Shown one piece after another: positions 24,943 through 34,748 of a stretch of 64,000 nt of DNA; the stretch's first letter is position 1, and each line of letters opens with the position of its first letter. The stretch lies in assembly GCA_944380265.1 (NCBI GenBank), contig CALWGY010000002.1:3556-67555 (forward strand), read 5' to 3'. The stretch comes from an uncultured Clostridia bacterium (lineage in GTDB: Bacteria; Bacillota; Clostridia; Christensenellales; UBA1242). A program made the position numbers and the translations under genes. The notes under the pieces were generated by a model, which was not told where the DNA came from, made no database searches, and saw only the letters and a list, made by a program, of their open reading frames with translations.

Positions 24943-25104
24943 TACAAAAATATTATATCACATATTAACAAAAACAAAACAAACTTTACATTGTTGTTTT
25001 ATTAATTTTTAGAATTACAACAAAGTTTTAAATTTAACATGAAACATTGCATCTTGATAAAGTTTTTAGTTGTGATATAATTAAAAAATAAAGGGGAGTT
25101 TAAA

Positions 25105-25680
25105 ATGGTAGATTTTTTAGATGTGATTAACACAATTAGTTCAATAACTCCAAATTTTGTTTACGACACATTTAAAGTTAAAGCATTAAACAAAGAACTT
25201 TTGTGTGTGTTTTTGCCGGGTTCAAGCAATTCAATTTTGTTGTATGATGAAAATTGTGGATTAAACAATGTTGGTGAAATTAGATATGTGATAAGAGATG
25301 GCAAATGTTTTGTTAGCACTTTTGAAACCGACAAAAATTTTCAGCAAATGGGAATTGGCAGGTTTATGTTTAATATGGCGCTTGCTCATGCCGATGCAGT
25401 TGGCGCAAAAACAGCATATGGATACCCAAACCCAACAAACGAAATTTTGGGTGTTTCAAATGGGGAAGAAGATATGTTTGAAAAGGAAAAACAAACATTA
25501 CTAAAAATATATGAAAAACTTGGTTGCAAAGTTGAAAACATTAGCATAAACGAAAATGCAGTTATGGAAAAGAAATTTGAAATTTGCTGGAATCATGGCG
25601 AGCGTTATGGTGCACTTTCAAAAAAACAACAACAATTTGTTAAACGTGTTGTAACACTAGAAAAGCAACAAAACAAGTAA
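25105..25680 (+). CDS. hypothetical protein, possibly GNAT-like acetyltransferase
   Basis: FQQMGIGRFMFNMALAHADAVG resembles GNAT motif A. This is weak evidence. Confidence 0.35.
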   Translation: MVDFLDVINTISSITPNFVYDTFKVKALNKELLCVFLPGSSNSILLYDENCGLNNVGEIRYVIRDGKCFVSTFETDKNFQQMGIGRFMFNMALAHADAVGAKTAYGYPNPTNEILGVSNGEEDMFEKEKQTLLKIYEKLGCKVENISINENAVMEKKFEICWNHGERYGALSKKQQQFVKRVVTLEKQQNK

Positions 25681-25832
25681 AACAAAAACAGGTTTAGTAC
25701 CTGTTTTTTTGTTTGGTGGCGGACTTAAAAATTTGTGTGGTTTAAACAATTAAACAGGAACAATTAGTTTGTGAAATTGTTAATATTTGCTATAATTTAA
25801 ATTAGTTAAATTAAAATTAAAAAGGAAAAAAT

Positions 25833-28010
25833 ATGGACATAACATTAACATTATCACAGGAATTTGGCACAACTTTAACACACACAACAAACATTATTAA
25901 TTTAATGGATGAAGGTTGCACAATTCCGTTCATTGCCAGATACAGAAAGGAACTTACTGGCAGTGCCGATGACCAAATGCTTAAAAACTTTGAAGATAGA
26001 TTAAAATATTTAAGAAGTTTAACAAAAAGAAAAGAAGAAGTTTTCAAACTTATTGATGAACAGGGCAACATGACCGAAGAAATTAAAAAATCTTTGGACG
26101 ATGCATTAACCTTAACCGAAGTTGAAGATATTTACAGACCATTCAAACCAAAACGTAAAACACGTGCAAGCGTTGCAATTGCAAAAGGTTTGCAACCACT
26201 TGCCGATTTCATTTTAAAGCAAGCAAACCCAAAACTTTTGGAAGAATCACAAAAATTTGTAAATCCTGAAAAAGAAGTTAATTCTGCCGAGGAAGCAATT
26301 CAAGGTGCAAAAGATATTATTGCAGAAATGATTTCCGACAACGCACAACTTAGAAAAATTTTGCGTGAAAAAATGACCAAATTTGGCGAAATTTCAACCA
26401 AACTTAACCCTAAAAAAGCGGAAGATGAAGGCGCATATGTTTATGAAATGTATGCAAATTACAAATCAAAAATTTCACAAACACCTTCATTTAGAATTTT
26501 GGCAATAAATCGTGGCGAAAAGGAAGATTTTTTAAAGGTATCATTAGAACTTAATGAAGAAGATGCATTAAATCAAATTTACAAAATGTTCATTTTAAAA
26601 AACAGTTGTTATGAAGACCTTTTAAAGGAAGTTTGCGTTGACAGTTACAAACGTTTAATTTTTGATAGTATTGAACGTGAAATTAGAAACGACCTAACAA
26701 ATGAAGCAAACGAACAAGCAATTAAAATGTTTGGCGTTAATTTAAGACCACTTTTAATGCAACCACCACTTAAAGGCAAAGTTATTTTAGGGTTAGACCC
26801 AGCATACAGAACAGGTTGCAAAATTGCGGTTATTAACGAACTTGGCACAGTGCTAGACACTGCTGTGGTTTATCCAACTCCACCACAAAACAAAATTGCG
26901 GAAGCGGAAGAAAGACTTACAATGTTAATTAACAAACATAATGTTGACGTTATTGCCATTGGAAACGGAACAGCAACAAAAGAAAGTGAAATTTTTGTTG
27001 CAAACCTAATTAAAAAATTAAACAGAAAAGTAAGTTATGCAGTTGTTAACGAAGCAGGAGCATCGGTTTATTCTGCAAGCAAGTTGGGTGCACAAGAATT
27101 TCCTGATTTTGATGTTGCACTTAGAAGTGCAGTTTCAATTGCTCGCCGTTTGCAAGACCCACTTGCTGAACTTATTAAAATTGACGTTAAAAGCATTGGT
27201 GTTGGGCAATATCAACACGACATGCCACAAGCAAGGCTAAGCGAAGTGCTTGATGGTGTGGTTGAAAGTTGTGTTAACTCGGTTGGTGTTGATGTTAACA
27301 CTGCAAGTGCAAGTTTGCTATCACATGTTGCAGGACTAAACAGTGCAATTGCTAAAAACATTGAAAACTATCGCCACGAAAAAGGCGTGTTTAAAAGCCG
27401 TGAAGAACTTAAAAAGGTTCCAAAACTTGGCGAAAAAGCGTTTGAACAATGTGCAGGTTTCTTGCGTGTTCCAGATGGTAAAAACATTTTAGATAACACC
27501 GGTGTTCACCCAGAAACATATGGTGCAACCGAAAAATTGCTTAGTCATTTTGGGCTTAGTGATGAAGATGTTAAAAACGGAAAATTGGAACTTCTTCCAA
27601 AACTTGTTGAACATGAAGGTGCAGAAAAAGTTGCTCAAATTATTGGTGTTGGTGTTCCAACATTAAACGACATTGTTGCAGAACTTTTAAAACCTGGCAG
27701 AGATGTTAGGGATGAACTTCCAAAACCAATTTTAAAAAGCGAACTGCTTAGCATTGAAGATTTAAAACCAGGCATGGTTTTAACTGGTGTGGTTAGAAAT
27801 GTTATTGACTTTGGTGTGTTTGTTGACATTTCTGTTCATCAAGATGGTTTGGTTCACATAAGTGAAATAAGCAAAGATTACATCAAACACCCAAGTGAAG
27901 TTTTAAAGGTTGGCGATGTTGTTAATGTTAAGGTTTTAAGTGTTGACCCACAAAAGAAACGCATAAGCTTAACAATTAAGGGATGCGATAAAGCACCTGA
28001 TGAAAATTAA
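25833..28010 (+). CDS. tex: Tex transcription accessory protein (YqgF/HhH/S1 domains)
   Basis: 725 aa. N-terminal TIPFIARYRKE motif, HhH region, C-terminal S1 domain GMVLTGVVRNVIDFGVFVDI...GLVHISE. Confidence 0.9.
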   Translation: MDITLTLSQEFGTTLTHTTNIINLMDEGCTIPFIARYRKELTGSADDQMLKNFEDRLKYLRSLTKRKEEVFKLIDEQGNMTEEIKKSLDDALTLTEVEDIYRPFKPKRKTRASVAIAKGLQPLADFILKQANPKLLEESQKFVNPEKEVNSAEEAIQGAKDIIAEMISDNAQLRKILREKMTKFGEISTKLNPKKAEDEGAYVYEMYANYKSKISQTPSFRILAINRGEKEDFLKVSLELNEEDALNQIYKMFILKNSCYEDLLKEVCVDSYKRLIFDSIEREIRNDLTNEANEQAIKMFGVNLRPLLMQPPLKGKVILGLDPAYRTGCKIAVINELGTVLDTAVVYPTPPQNKIAEAEERLTMLINKHNVDVIAIGNGTATKESEIFVANLIKKLNRKVSYAVVNEAGASVYSASKLGAQEFPDFDVALRSAVSIARRLQDPLAELIKIDVKSIGVGQYQHDMPQARLSEVLDGVVESCVNSVGVDVNTASASLLSHVAGLNSAIAKNIENYRHEKGVFKSREELKKVPKLGEKAFEQCAGFLRVPDGKNILDNTGVHPETYGATEKLLSHFGLSDEDVKNGKLELLPKLVEHEGAEKVAQIIGVGVPTLNDIVAELLKPGRDVRDELPKPILKSELLSIEDLKPGMVLTGVVRNVIDFGVFVDISVHQDGLVHISEISKDYIKHPSEVLKVGDVVNVKVLSVDPQKKRISLTIKGCDKAPDEN

Positions 28011-28067
28011 ATTTCAAAAATATAAATACAATAATGATATTAAACAAAAGGTTATAAATAAGGAGAT

Positions 28068-28403
28068 TTGATTATGTGGATAGAAATTGTTGGAATTGTT
28101 GCAACACTGTGCATTTTGTTTTCAATGTGTTTTAAAACATTAACATTTAAAGGCAGTGTTATAATGCGTGTAACAAACTTAATTGGCTCAGTTATTTTTG
28201 TTGTTTATGGTTGCTTGTTGCCTGCAATTAGCACAGCAATTTTAAATGGAATATTAATTTTTGTTAACAGCTATCATTTGTTTGTTTTAATTAAGGAACA
28301 TAAAATGGAAGAAATAAAAATGGAAGATGTTAAAAACTTAAATCAAGAACAAAACACCATTAAAGCCAAAACAGAAAACAATGAAAGTAACGAAAACAAG
28401 TAA
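28068..28403 (+). CDS. small membrane protein (three TM)
   Basis: Hydrophobic N-terminal 75 aa and a polar tail. The start is uncertain (TTG 28068 or ATG 28074). Confidence 0.5.
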   Translation: MIMWIEIVGIVATLCILFSMCFKTLTFKGSVIMRVTNLIGSVIFVVYGCLLPAISTAILNGILIFVNSYHLFVLIKEHKMEEIKMEDVKNLNQEQNTIKAKTENNESNENK

Positions 28404-28496
28404 TTAAAAATTGCTTAACAACAAATAAAAAAACAAATTGCGTTAAATCAAAAATAAAAATTGTAATAACAAAATTAAAACTATTAAAAATAGTAA

Positions 28497-28526
28497 AAAA
28501 AAGATGTGGAAACCACATCTTTTTTA
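28497..28526. terminator. bidirectional terminator between convergent genes
   Basis: aaaagatgtgg aaa ccacatctttt, flanked by A and T runs. Confidence 0.6.
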
Positions 28527-28558
28527 ATTGTTTAATTTATCTTTAATTATGGTGTTAA

Positions 28559-29029
28559 TTAAATTTTACTTCTTCCAATGCTTGCTAAATATGTTTTTCT
28601 AGCTTCAATTGGAGTTTCAATGCATGTGTCAATTTCGTAACCAAATTCTTGTTGTTTTTGTTTGCATTGTGAGTGTAAATCCCTAACATATTCCAATTCT
28701 TCGCTTTCAATTGGTTGTTCAGTAACACTTTCAAACATTTTTTGTTCCGAGTAAAATTCGCCTTCAATTTGGCAAGCACACATATGAATAACATCAATTT
28801 GAGACTTAAAATATGGGTCACTCCATTTTCTATTGTCTTCAATTGTTAAAGTTAAATTGTTTGAAGTGTCATGCATTTTTTTGCGTGCTGAGTTAATAGT
28901 TTCATTTTTGTTTGCCAAAATATCTTCGGCAAACAAAACATATTCATCAGTGCTAATTTCTGTTTGTGTTAATTGTTCATCATCTTTTTTAACATCTAAC
29001 CACATTTCTTCTGTTAATTTTTTTGACAT
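28559..29029 (-). CDS. acidic hypothetical protein
   Basis: 156-aa ORF. No motif recognised. Confidence 0.45.
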   Translation of the reverse strand: MSKKLTEEMWLDVKKDDEQLTQTEISTDEYVLFAEDILANKNETINSARKKMHDTSNNLTLTIEDNRKWSDPYFKSQIDVIHMCACQIEGEFYSEQKMFESVTEQPIESEELEYVRDLHSQCKQKQQEFGYEIDTCIETPIEARKTYLASIGRSKI

Positions 29030-29231
29030 AATTTATCACCCTTTAATTTTATCTTAAATATTTTATCACAAAAGTTTATCAATTTCAATATGTGTTTTTT
29101 AAATATTAATAAATTAAATTTTAGTTTTAAAACATGTTTGAGTTATTGTTAATAAAAAAATAAATTTAATTTTGATAAATGACTTTGTTTGTGTTAAACT
29201 TTTTTATAATATAAAAAAAAAGGAAAGTGTT

Positions 29232-29765
29232 ATGAAGTATTTAATTGCAACCGACATTCATGGAAATAAAAAATCTGCACAAACAATAAAAGAAAAGTTT
29301 GAACAACTTGGTGCAGACAAAATAATTTTGCTTGGCGATTTGTTATATAACGGCCCACGCAACCCAGTTGAAGAAGATTACAGCCCAAAAGATGTTATAG
29401 AAATTTTAAATTCTTTATCAGACAAAATTATTGCTGTGAAGGGGAATTGTGATGGGGAAGTTGACCAAATGGTTCTAAACTTTATGCTTAACGATTGTGC
29501 GGTTATTGAACTTAATGGTAAAACATATTTTTGCACTCATGGGCATCATATCAACCAGGCAAGTCCAGCCAAAATAGCAAAAGGTGCGGTTGTGTTGTAT
29601 GGACATTTTCATAAAACAGAAGTTACAAATGTTGATGATGTAATATACTTAAACATTGCAAGCATAACTTTTCCAAAAAACAACAATGTTAAATGTTATG
29701 GCGTGCTAGATGAAAATGGTGTTTGTGTTTACAGTTTAAGTGATGAACTAATTTTAAAAGTGTAA
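29232..29765 (+). CDS. YfcE-type metallophosphoesterase
   Basis: Motifs DIHGN, LGDLLYNGPRN, GNCD, THGH and GHFH. ATG 29232 with aaggaaag upstream is preferred over the ORF-track start at 29172. Confidence 0.8.
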   Translation: MKYLIATDIHGNKKSAQTIKEKFEQLGADKIILLGDLLYNGPRNPVEEDYSPKDVIEILNSLSDKIIAVKGNCDGEVDQMVLNFMLNDCAVIELNGKTYFCTHGHHINQASPAKIAKGAVVLYGHFHKTEVTNVDDVIYLNIASITFPKNNNVKCYGVLDENGVCVYSLSDELILKV

Positions 29766-29918
29766 TAAAAGAGTTAAATAACAATAAAAACATTAATTAA
29801 ATTAATAAAATTTTTGTTTGTAAATGCAATTAAAAAAATCAAAATAAATTTTGAAAAATATTTATATCAAAAGTAAATTTTAATTTAATAAACAAACATA
29901 AAAAACAGGCAGAATTGG

Positions 29919-30410
29919 TTAATCAATTCTACCTGTTAATTCTCCAAATTCTTTTAAGTTGAAAAAGTTGTTTTGTCTTAATGCTTCATAAACAATAATT
30001 GCAACCGAGTTCGACAAATTCAAACTTCTTGCTTTTTCTATCATAGGAATCCTTATGCAATTATCATAATGTTGCTTTAACAAACTTTCCCTAATTCCAA
30101 AACTTTCTTTCCCAAAAACAATAAAACAATCTTTTTGGTAACTAACTTCTGCATAAGTGTGTTTACTTTTTGTGCTTGCAAAATAAAAAACTTTATCCTT
30201 GTTGTTATTATACAGTTCATCAAAACTATCAATAATTTCAACATTTGCAAGGTCAAAATAATCAAGCCCCGCACGTTTAAAATGCTTGTCGGAAACTTCA
30301 AACCCAAGTGGTTTAACCATGTAAAGTTTTGCGCCAGTTGCTGCGCATGTTCTAATAATGTTTCCTGCGTTTTGAGGAATTTCTGGTTCAATTAATACTA
30401 CTGAAATCAT
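29919..30410 (-). CDS. trmL: tRNA (cytidine/uridine-2'-O)-methyltransferase TrmL (SpoU family)
   Basis: 163 aa. LIEPEIPQNAGNIIRTCAATG and the C-terminal SLNLSNSVAIIVYEALRQ knot motifs. Confidence 0.85.
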   Translation of the reverse strand: MISVVLIEPEIPQNAGNIIRTCAATGAKLYMVKPLGFEVSDKHFKRAGLDYFDLANVEIIDSFDELYNNNKDKVFYFASTKSKHTYAEVSYQKDCFIVFGKESFGIRESLLKQHYDNCIRIPMIEKARSLNLSNSVAIIVYEALRQNNFFNLKEFGELTGRID

Positions 30411-30656
30411 GTTGCTTTTGTTGTCCTTTTGTTTTTTCTTTTACCAATCATATGGTCCGTTGTTGTGTGTTTTAACATCATCATAAAATTCAAAATATTT
30501 TTGCTTAAACTTGTTGTTTTGTTGTTTTATTTTAGCATTCAGTTTTTGTTTGGTTTTGTTGTTTTGGTTTTGTTGTTTAGTGTTTATATTATTGTTTTGT
30601 GTGTTTTTATTGTTTGTTTCTGTCATGTTTGCGTCACTTTTTGTCATAAACTTATG

Positions 30657-31241
30657 TTAATTTAATTTACTTAACAAATCTTGTATTGCTCTGCCACGGT
30701 GTGAAACACTGTTTTTTTCTTTGTCAGTGCACAATCCAAAACATTTTTTAAGTTCATTAGAATAAAACAAACAATCATAACCAAAACTTGTGTTGCCAGT
30801 TTCTTTTTCTAGTATTATTCCATCAACTTTGCCTTTTCCAACAATTTTTGTTTCATCTGGTTTTTTAAGTGTTATAACACACATAAAATATGCTGAACGG
30901 TCTTTTGCATTTTTTAAGTTTTCTAAAAGTTTATTTCTGTTTGCTTGGTCGTTGTGAGCGTTTGCGTATCTAGCACTATAAACACCCGGAGCACCATTTA
31001 ATGCATTAACACAAAGTCCGCTATCATCTGCCATAACCATGTAGTTTAAATTTTTTGATTTCAAAAACTTTAAAATTGCATCTGCTTTAATTTCCGAGTT
31101 TTCTTCAAAAGTTGTTCCATCTTCAACAATGTCATCATAAAAGCCAACTTCTTTCATTGTTATAATTTCAAAGTTTTTTAAAATTTCTTTAAACTCTTTA
31201 ATTTTGTGTTCATTGTTTGATGCAAGCACAATTTTTTCCAT
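30657..31241 (-). CDS. rdgB: non-canonical purine NTP pyrophosphatase (RdgB/HAM1)
   Basis: MEKIVLASNNEHKIKEF..., ADDSGLCVNALNGAPGVYSARY, FGYDCLF and SHRGRA motifs. Start at ATG 31241, because the longer ORF overlaps the upstream gene. Confidence 0.85.
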   Translation of the reverse strand: MEKIVLASNNEHKIKEFKEILKNFEIITMKEVGFYDDIVEDGTTFEENSEIKADAILKFLKSKNLNYMVMADDSGLCVNALNGAPGVYSARYANAHNDQANRNKLLENLKNAKDRSAYFMCVITLKKPDETKIVGKGKVDGIILEKETGNTSFGYDCLFYSNELKKCFGLCTDKEKNSVSHRGRAIQDLLSKLN

Positions 31242-31305
31242 ATTAAAATTCCTTTTTTTATTATGTTTTTTATGTGTTAACTTAAAAATAAAAGGGAGCT
31301 CCCTT

Positions 31306-31962
31306 TTATTTTTTTGTTTTATTTTTATCTTTAACTTTGCTTGCACGTTTATTTAGTTCTTCAAAATATGAAGTGTATGCTTTAAACTGAATTGGTGTGT
31401 AGCTAACAAGCAAAACTTGTTCAACATTTTTAAATTCGTTAAGCGCTTTTGAAATTTCATCAAAAACAATTGGCAAAGCAAGTCTGGTTGGAAAACCGAA
31501 AATTCCAGTTGAAATTGCAGGGAAGCAAATTGTTTTAATGTTGTTTTCTTGTGCAAGTTTTAAACTGTTGTAATAACAATTTCTAAGTTCTTCCGATTGT
31601 GTTTCTCTTTGGTCACGGCTGTAAATTGGTCCAACAGTGTGAATAACATATTTGCAAGGAAGTTTGTATGCTTTTGTTATTTTTGCTTCGCCAGTTTCAC
31701 AACCGCCAAGTTTTGCACATTCTTGCCTTAGTTTTGGACCAGCCGCAGCATGAATTGCTCCATCAACGCCACCACCACCCAAAAGAGTGTTGTTTGCCGA
31801 GTTAACAACAGCATCACATGCAATGGTTGTTATGTCGCCATACACAAGTTTTATTTTTTTCAAGTTTTTAATTTGTTCCAAACTAAGTGCAGGAAAATCC
31901 TTTTTCTCATAATTGTAAACCACTTTTTTAATTGGTTCCTTGGTTTTAATAATTTTATTCAT
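31306..31962 (-). CDS. macro-domain protein (O-acetyl-ADP-ribose deacetylase-like)
   Basis: VNSANNTLLGGGGVDGAIHAAAGP and ISTGIFGFP motifs. Confidence 0.85.
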   Translation of the reverse strand: MNKIIKTKEPIKKVVYNYEKKDFPALSLEQIKNLKKIKLVYGDITTIACDAVVNSANNTLLGGGGVDGAIHAAAGPKLRQECAKLGGCETGEAKITKAYKLPCKYVIHTVGPIYSRDQRETQSEELRNCYYNSLKLAQENNIKTICFPAISTGIFGFPTRLALPIVFDEISKALNEFKNVEQVLLVSYTPIQFKAYTSYFEELNKRASKVKDKNKTKK

Positions 31963-32049
31963 ATTATATGTTACCTTTTTTATGGTACTTAACTTACAAA
32001 AAGTATAACAAATTTTAATTTTTTAGTAAATTTATTTAATCAAACAACT

Positions 32050-32901
32050 TTAATCTGTTAAATTATTTTGATTTTTAAATGCTTTTATTGTGTTTTTAAG
32101 TAACATTGCAATGGTTAGTGGACCCACGCCACCAGGAACTGGTGTTATAAATTCTGCTTTTTTTGTGAGGTTTTTAAAATCTGCATCACCACAAATTCCG
32201 TTTTCATCTCTAACAATTGCAACATCAATTATTATTGCGTTTTTCTTAACCATACTTTTTGTTAAAAAGTTCTTTTTACCCACTGCCGTAACAATAATGT
32301 CGGCATTTTTTGTTAAACTTGCAATGTTTTTTGTGTGGCTGTGACAAATGGTTACGGTTGCATTTTTTTTAAGTAGCATTTGTTCAAGTGGTTTTCCAAC
32401 AAGCAAACTTCTGTTTATTACAACCACATGTTTTCCATCAAGGTTTATGTTATATTCATTAAACAGTTCCATAATTCCAGTTGGGGTGCATGGAGTTAAG
32501 CCTTGTTCGTTTGTTAAAAGTTTCCCCATGTTAACAGTTGTTAAGCCATCAACATCTTTTTGTGGATCAATGCAGTTTAAGGCTTGCCTTTCATTTAATC
32601 CATTTGGAAGTGGCAATTGCAACAAAATTCCGTTAACAGTTTTGTCGGAATTTAATGTGCTTAGCACGCTTTCAAGTTCGGTTTGTGTGGTGCTTTTATC
32701 TAGCACTTTAACTTCGCTTGTAATTCCAACAAACTTGCAAGCATTCTTTTTGTTTTTAACATAAATTGCACTTGCAGGGTCGTCGCCAACAAGAACAACC
32801 GCTAGTTTTGGGGTTTTGCCTGTTTTATTTTTAAAAGTTTCAACTTCCAACTTTAATTGGGCCTTAATTTTTTTTGATAATTCTTTGCCATCTAAAATCA
32901 T
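32050..32901 (-). CDS. folD: bifunctional methylenetetrahydrofolate dehydrogenase/cyclohydrolase
   Basis: ILDGK..., YVKNKKNAC, GILLQLPLP and PVPGGVGPLTIAML motifs. Confidence 0.9.
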   Translation of the reverse strand: MILDGKELSKKIKAQLKLEVETFKNKTGKTPKLAVVLVGDDPASAIYVKNKKNACKFVGITSEVKVLDKSTTQTELESVLSTLNSDKTVNGILLQLPLPNGLNERQALNCIDPQKDVDGLTTVNMGKLLTNEQGLTPCTPTGIMELFNEYNINLDGKHVVVINRSLLVGKPLEQMLLKKNATVTICHSHTKNIASLTKNADIIVTAVGKKNFLTKSMVKKNAIIIDVAIVRDENGICGDADFKNLTKKAEFITPVPGGVGPLTIAMLLKNTIKAFKNQNNLTD

Positions 32902-33169
32902 AATAAAACTAACTCACTTTCATTTTGGGTGTAAATATTTTATCAAACAAAATGTGTTTTGTACATAAAAAAACAGAAGAAATGGGTGAGTCTTCTGTTT
33001 TTTATGTAATAAAACACAAAAGTGGTTGCAAACTTTGCAAGCGCAAAACGCAGAATGCATTGTGCTCGCGGGTTTGGTGCACGTAAGACAAATTTGTTAC
33101 ATGCAAACAACTTTTGTTGTTAATTTTTTATTGTTTCACAATTAAAACAATGAATGCATAATTAAAACA

Positions 33170-33967
33170 TTAAAGTCTGCCAGCAAAAAGGCTTCCTGAA
33201 GTATAGCGTTTAAGTCCGAATTTAAAGCAAACAAACGCAAGGGACACAACTAAAATTGCAAAGCCCAAAAACATTAGCATATACCAAATGTTGAAACCTA
33301 AAAACAAATATTGTGCAGGAATGAAAATCATAAAACCAACAGGAATAATTGTGTAAAGCAAAAATTTTGCTACTCCGCTAAAAATTGCAGGTGGGTATGT
33401 TCCAAACATTGTAATAGCAGACTCAATCATGTTAGCCAAAGCGCTTCCGTTTTTAATATAAAAGCATAAGGATTGAAAAATTATAACCATGCCAACATAA
33501 ATTAGGGCACCAATAATTAATATTGGAATAATTGCTAAATACCACCACCAAGGGGCACCAGTAATAATCAAAACAACAAAAGCATAAATAATGTCCCCAA
33601 TTGCAGAAACTGAACACGAAGAGCAACAAATGTTAATTAACAAGTTTTTGGGTTGAGTTAAATAAACATCAAGTTTGCCTTCATAAATTAAGTATCCAAT
33701 GGAAAATGCGTTGTTAAAAAACAAATGTGCAACGCCATAACTTCCGGCGCTAAGAGCCCATAAAAGCAAAAGTTCGTTAAGTCCATAACCACCAATGTTT
33801 TCAACAATTGAAAAAATTATTAGCCATTGCAAAATGAAAAACGCATTATTTAACACCATCATCACAATTTTTAAGATAAAGGAAGTTTTGTATTGTGCTT
33901 CTTTTTTTAGGTTTAGTTTTAAATAACTAAAAATTAACTTTAAATTGTTTTTAACCGCCATTAACAT
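33170..33967 (-). CDS. ABC-2 type transporter permease
   Basis: 265 aa, six hydrophobic segments. Overlaps the upstream permease gene. Confidence 0.7.
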   Translation of the reverse strand: MLMAVKNNLKLIFSYLKLNLKKEAQYKTSFILKIVMMVLNNAFFILQWLIIFSIVENIGGYGLNELLLLWALSAGSYGVAHLFFNNAFSIGYLIYEGKLDVYLTQPKNLLINICCSSCSVSAIGDIIYAFVVLIITGAPWWWYLAIIPILIIGALIYVGMVIIFQSLCFYIKNGSALANMIESAITMFGTYPPAIFSGVAKFLLYTIIPVGFMIFIPAQYLFLGFNIWYMLMFLGFAILVVSLAFVCFKFGLKRYTSGSLFAGRL

Positions 33968-34748
33968 TAACCCTCCTTTTTCCCAAATTGTAAATTAAAA
34001 CACCTAGCGCAAGCAAAACTATAATCCACACAACTTGCGAAGCAAAAACTTGTAAAAATAGCTCCCAAGAAAAGTTTGCAACAAGTTTTGCGGGACCAGA
34101 ATAAATTGAATAAATTGGACTGTATGCCACAAATGGTTGCAACCATTTTGGGAAAAATTCTAACGGAAAAAACAACCCAAACAACATTAAAAACTTTTGC
34201 AATATCCAAGCAAAAGGTGTTGCATCTTCAATCCAAAAACACAAAAGCCCCAAAATGGAATGTAAAACCAAAATAAGTAAAATTGATAACAGTATGCTAA
34301 CAATGTTAGGCAAAATTTGATAGAAGTTAAAAGTGCTAACACTTCCAACAAAACAAAATCCCATAACAAGTGCGCAAGGCAACATAAACATTAGTAAAAA
34401 GCAACTTTTTCCCATAAAAGTTGTTATATTGTAAAAATAGAAATTATATGGTCGGTTTAACTTGTAGGCAATACTTCCGCTTTTAATTTCATCACTAATT
34501 GAACGTAAAATCATGTTTGGTCTTGGGGTTATAAAGACCAGTTCCGTTATTATTAAATACCAAATCATTTGTTTTAAGTTATAGCCATTAATAACGCTTT
34601 GCGTTCCGCCTTCGCCATAAATAAAACTCCACAACTGAACAAAAATGAAAATGATAATAAAAAAGGAAACTGCACGCATAAGTGCATCAAGCACAGTGTC
34701 TTTTTCTTGTTTTATTGATGTTTTAAAAATGTTTAAATATTTAGTCAT
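33951..34748 (-). CDS. ABC-2 type transporter permease
   Basis: 265 aa, multi-TM. In an operon with the ATPase gene (8-nt overlap). Confidence 0.7.
   Translation of the reverse strand: MTKYLNIFKTSIKQEKDTVLDALMRAVSFFIIIFIFVQLWSFIYGEGGTQSVINGYNLKQMIWYLIITELVFITPRPNMILRSISDEIKSGSIAYKLNRPYNFYFYNITTFMGKSCFLLMFMLPCALVMGFCFVGSVSTFNFYQILPNIVSILLSILLILVLHSILGLLCFWIEDATPFAWILQKFLMLFGLFFPLEFFPKWLQPFVAYSPIYSIYSGPAKLVANFSWELFLQVFASQVVWIIVLLALGVLIYNLGKRRVNVNGG

Noticed and set aside
30441-30647. 68-aa Asn/Gln/Lys-rich ORF between trmL and rdgB.
   Set aside because: It has extreme low complexity, no convincing SD, and could be translated AT-rich spacer. There is too little evidence to call it a gene, although its tight spacing after rdgB leaves that possible.
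33006-33125. Whether the folD upstream segment is a THF or ZTP riboswitch.
   Set aside because: I could not match the conserved cores I remember, such as the ZTP 3' CCGCCUGGGC or the THF GAGUAG...GCGUU...GCAUCCGC order, on either strand. It is left as an unexplained structured spacer.
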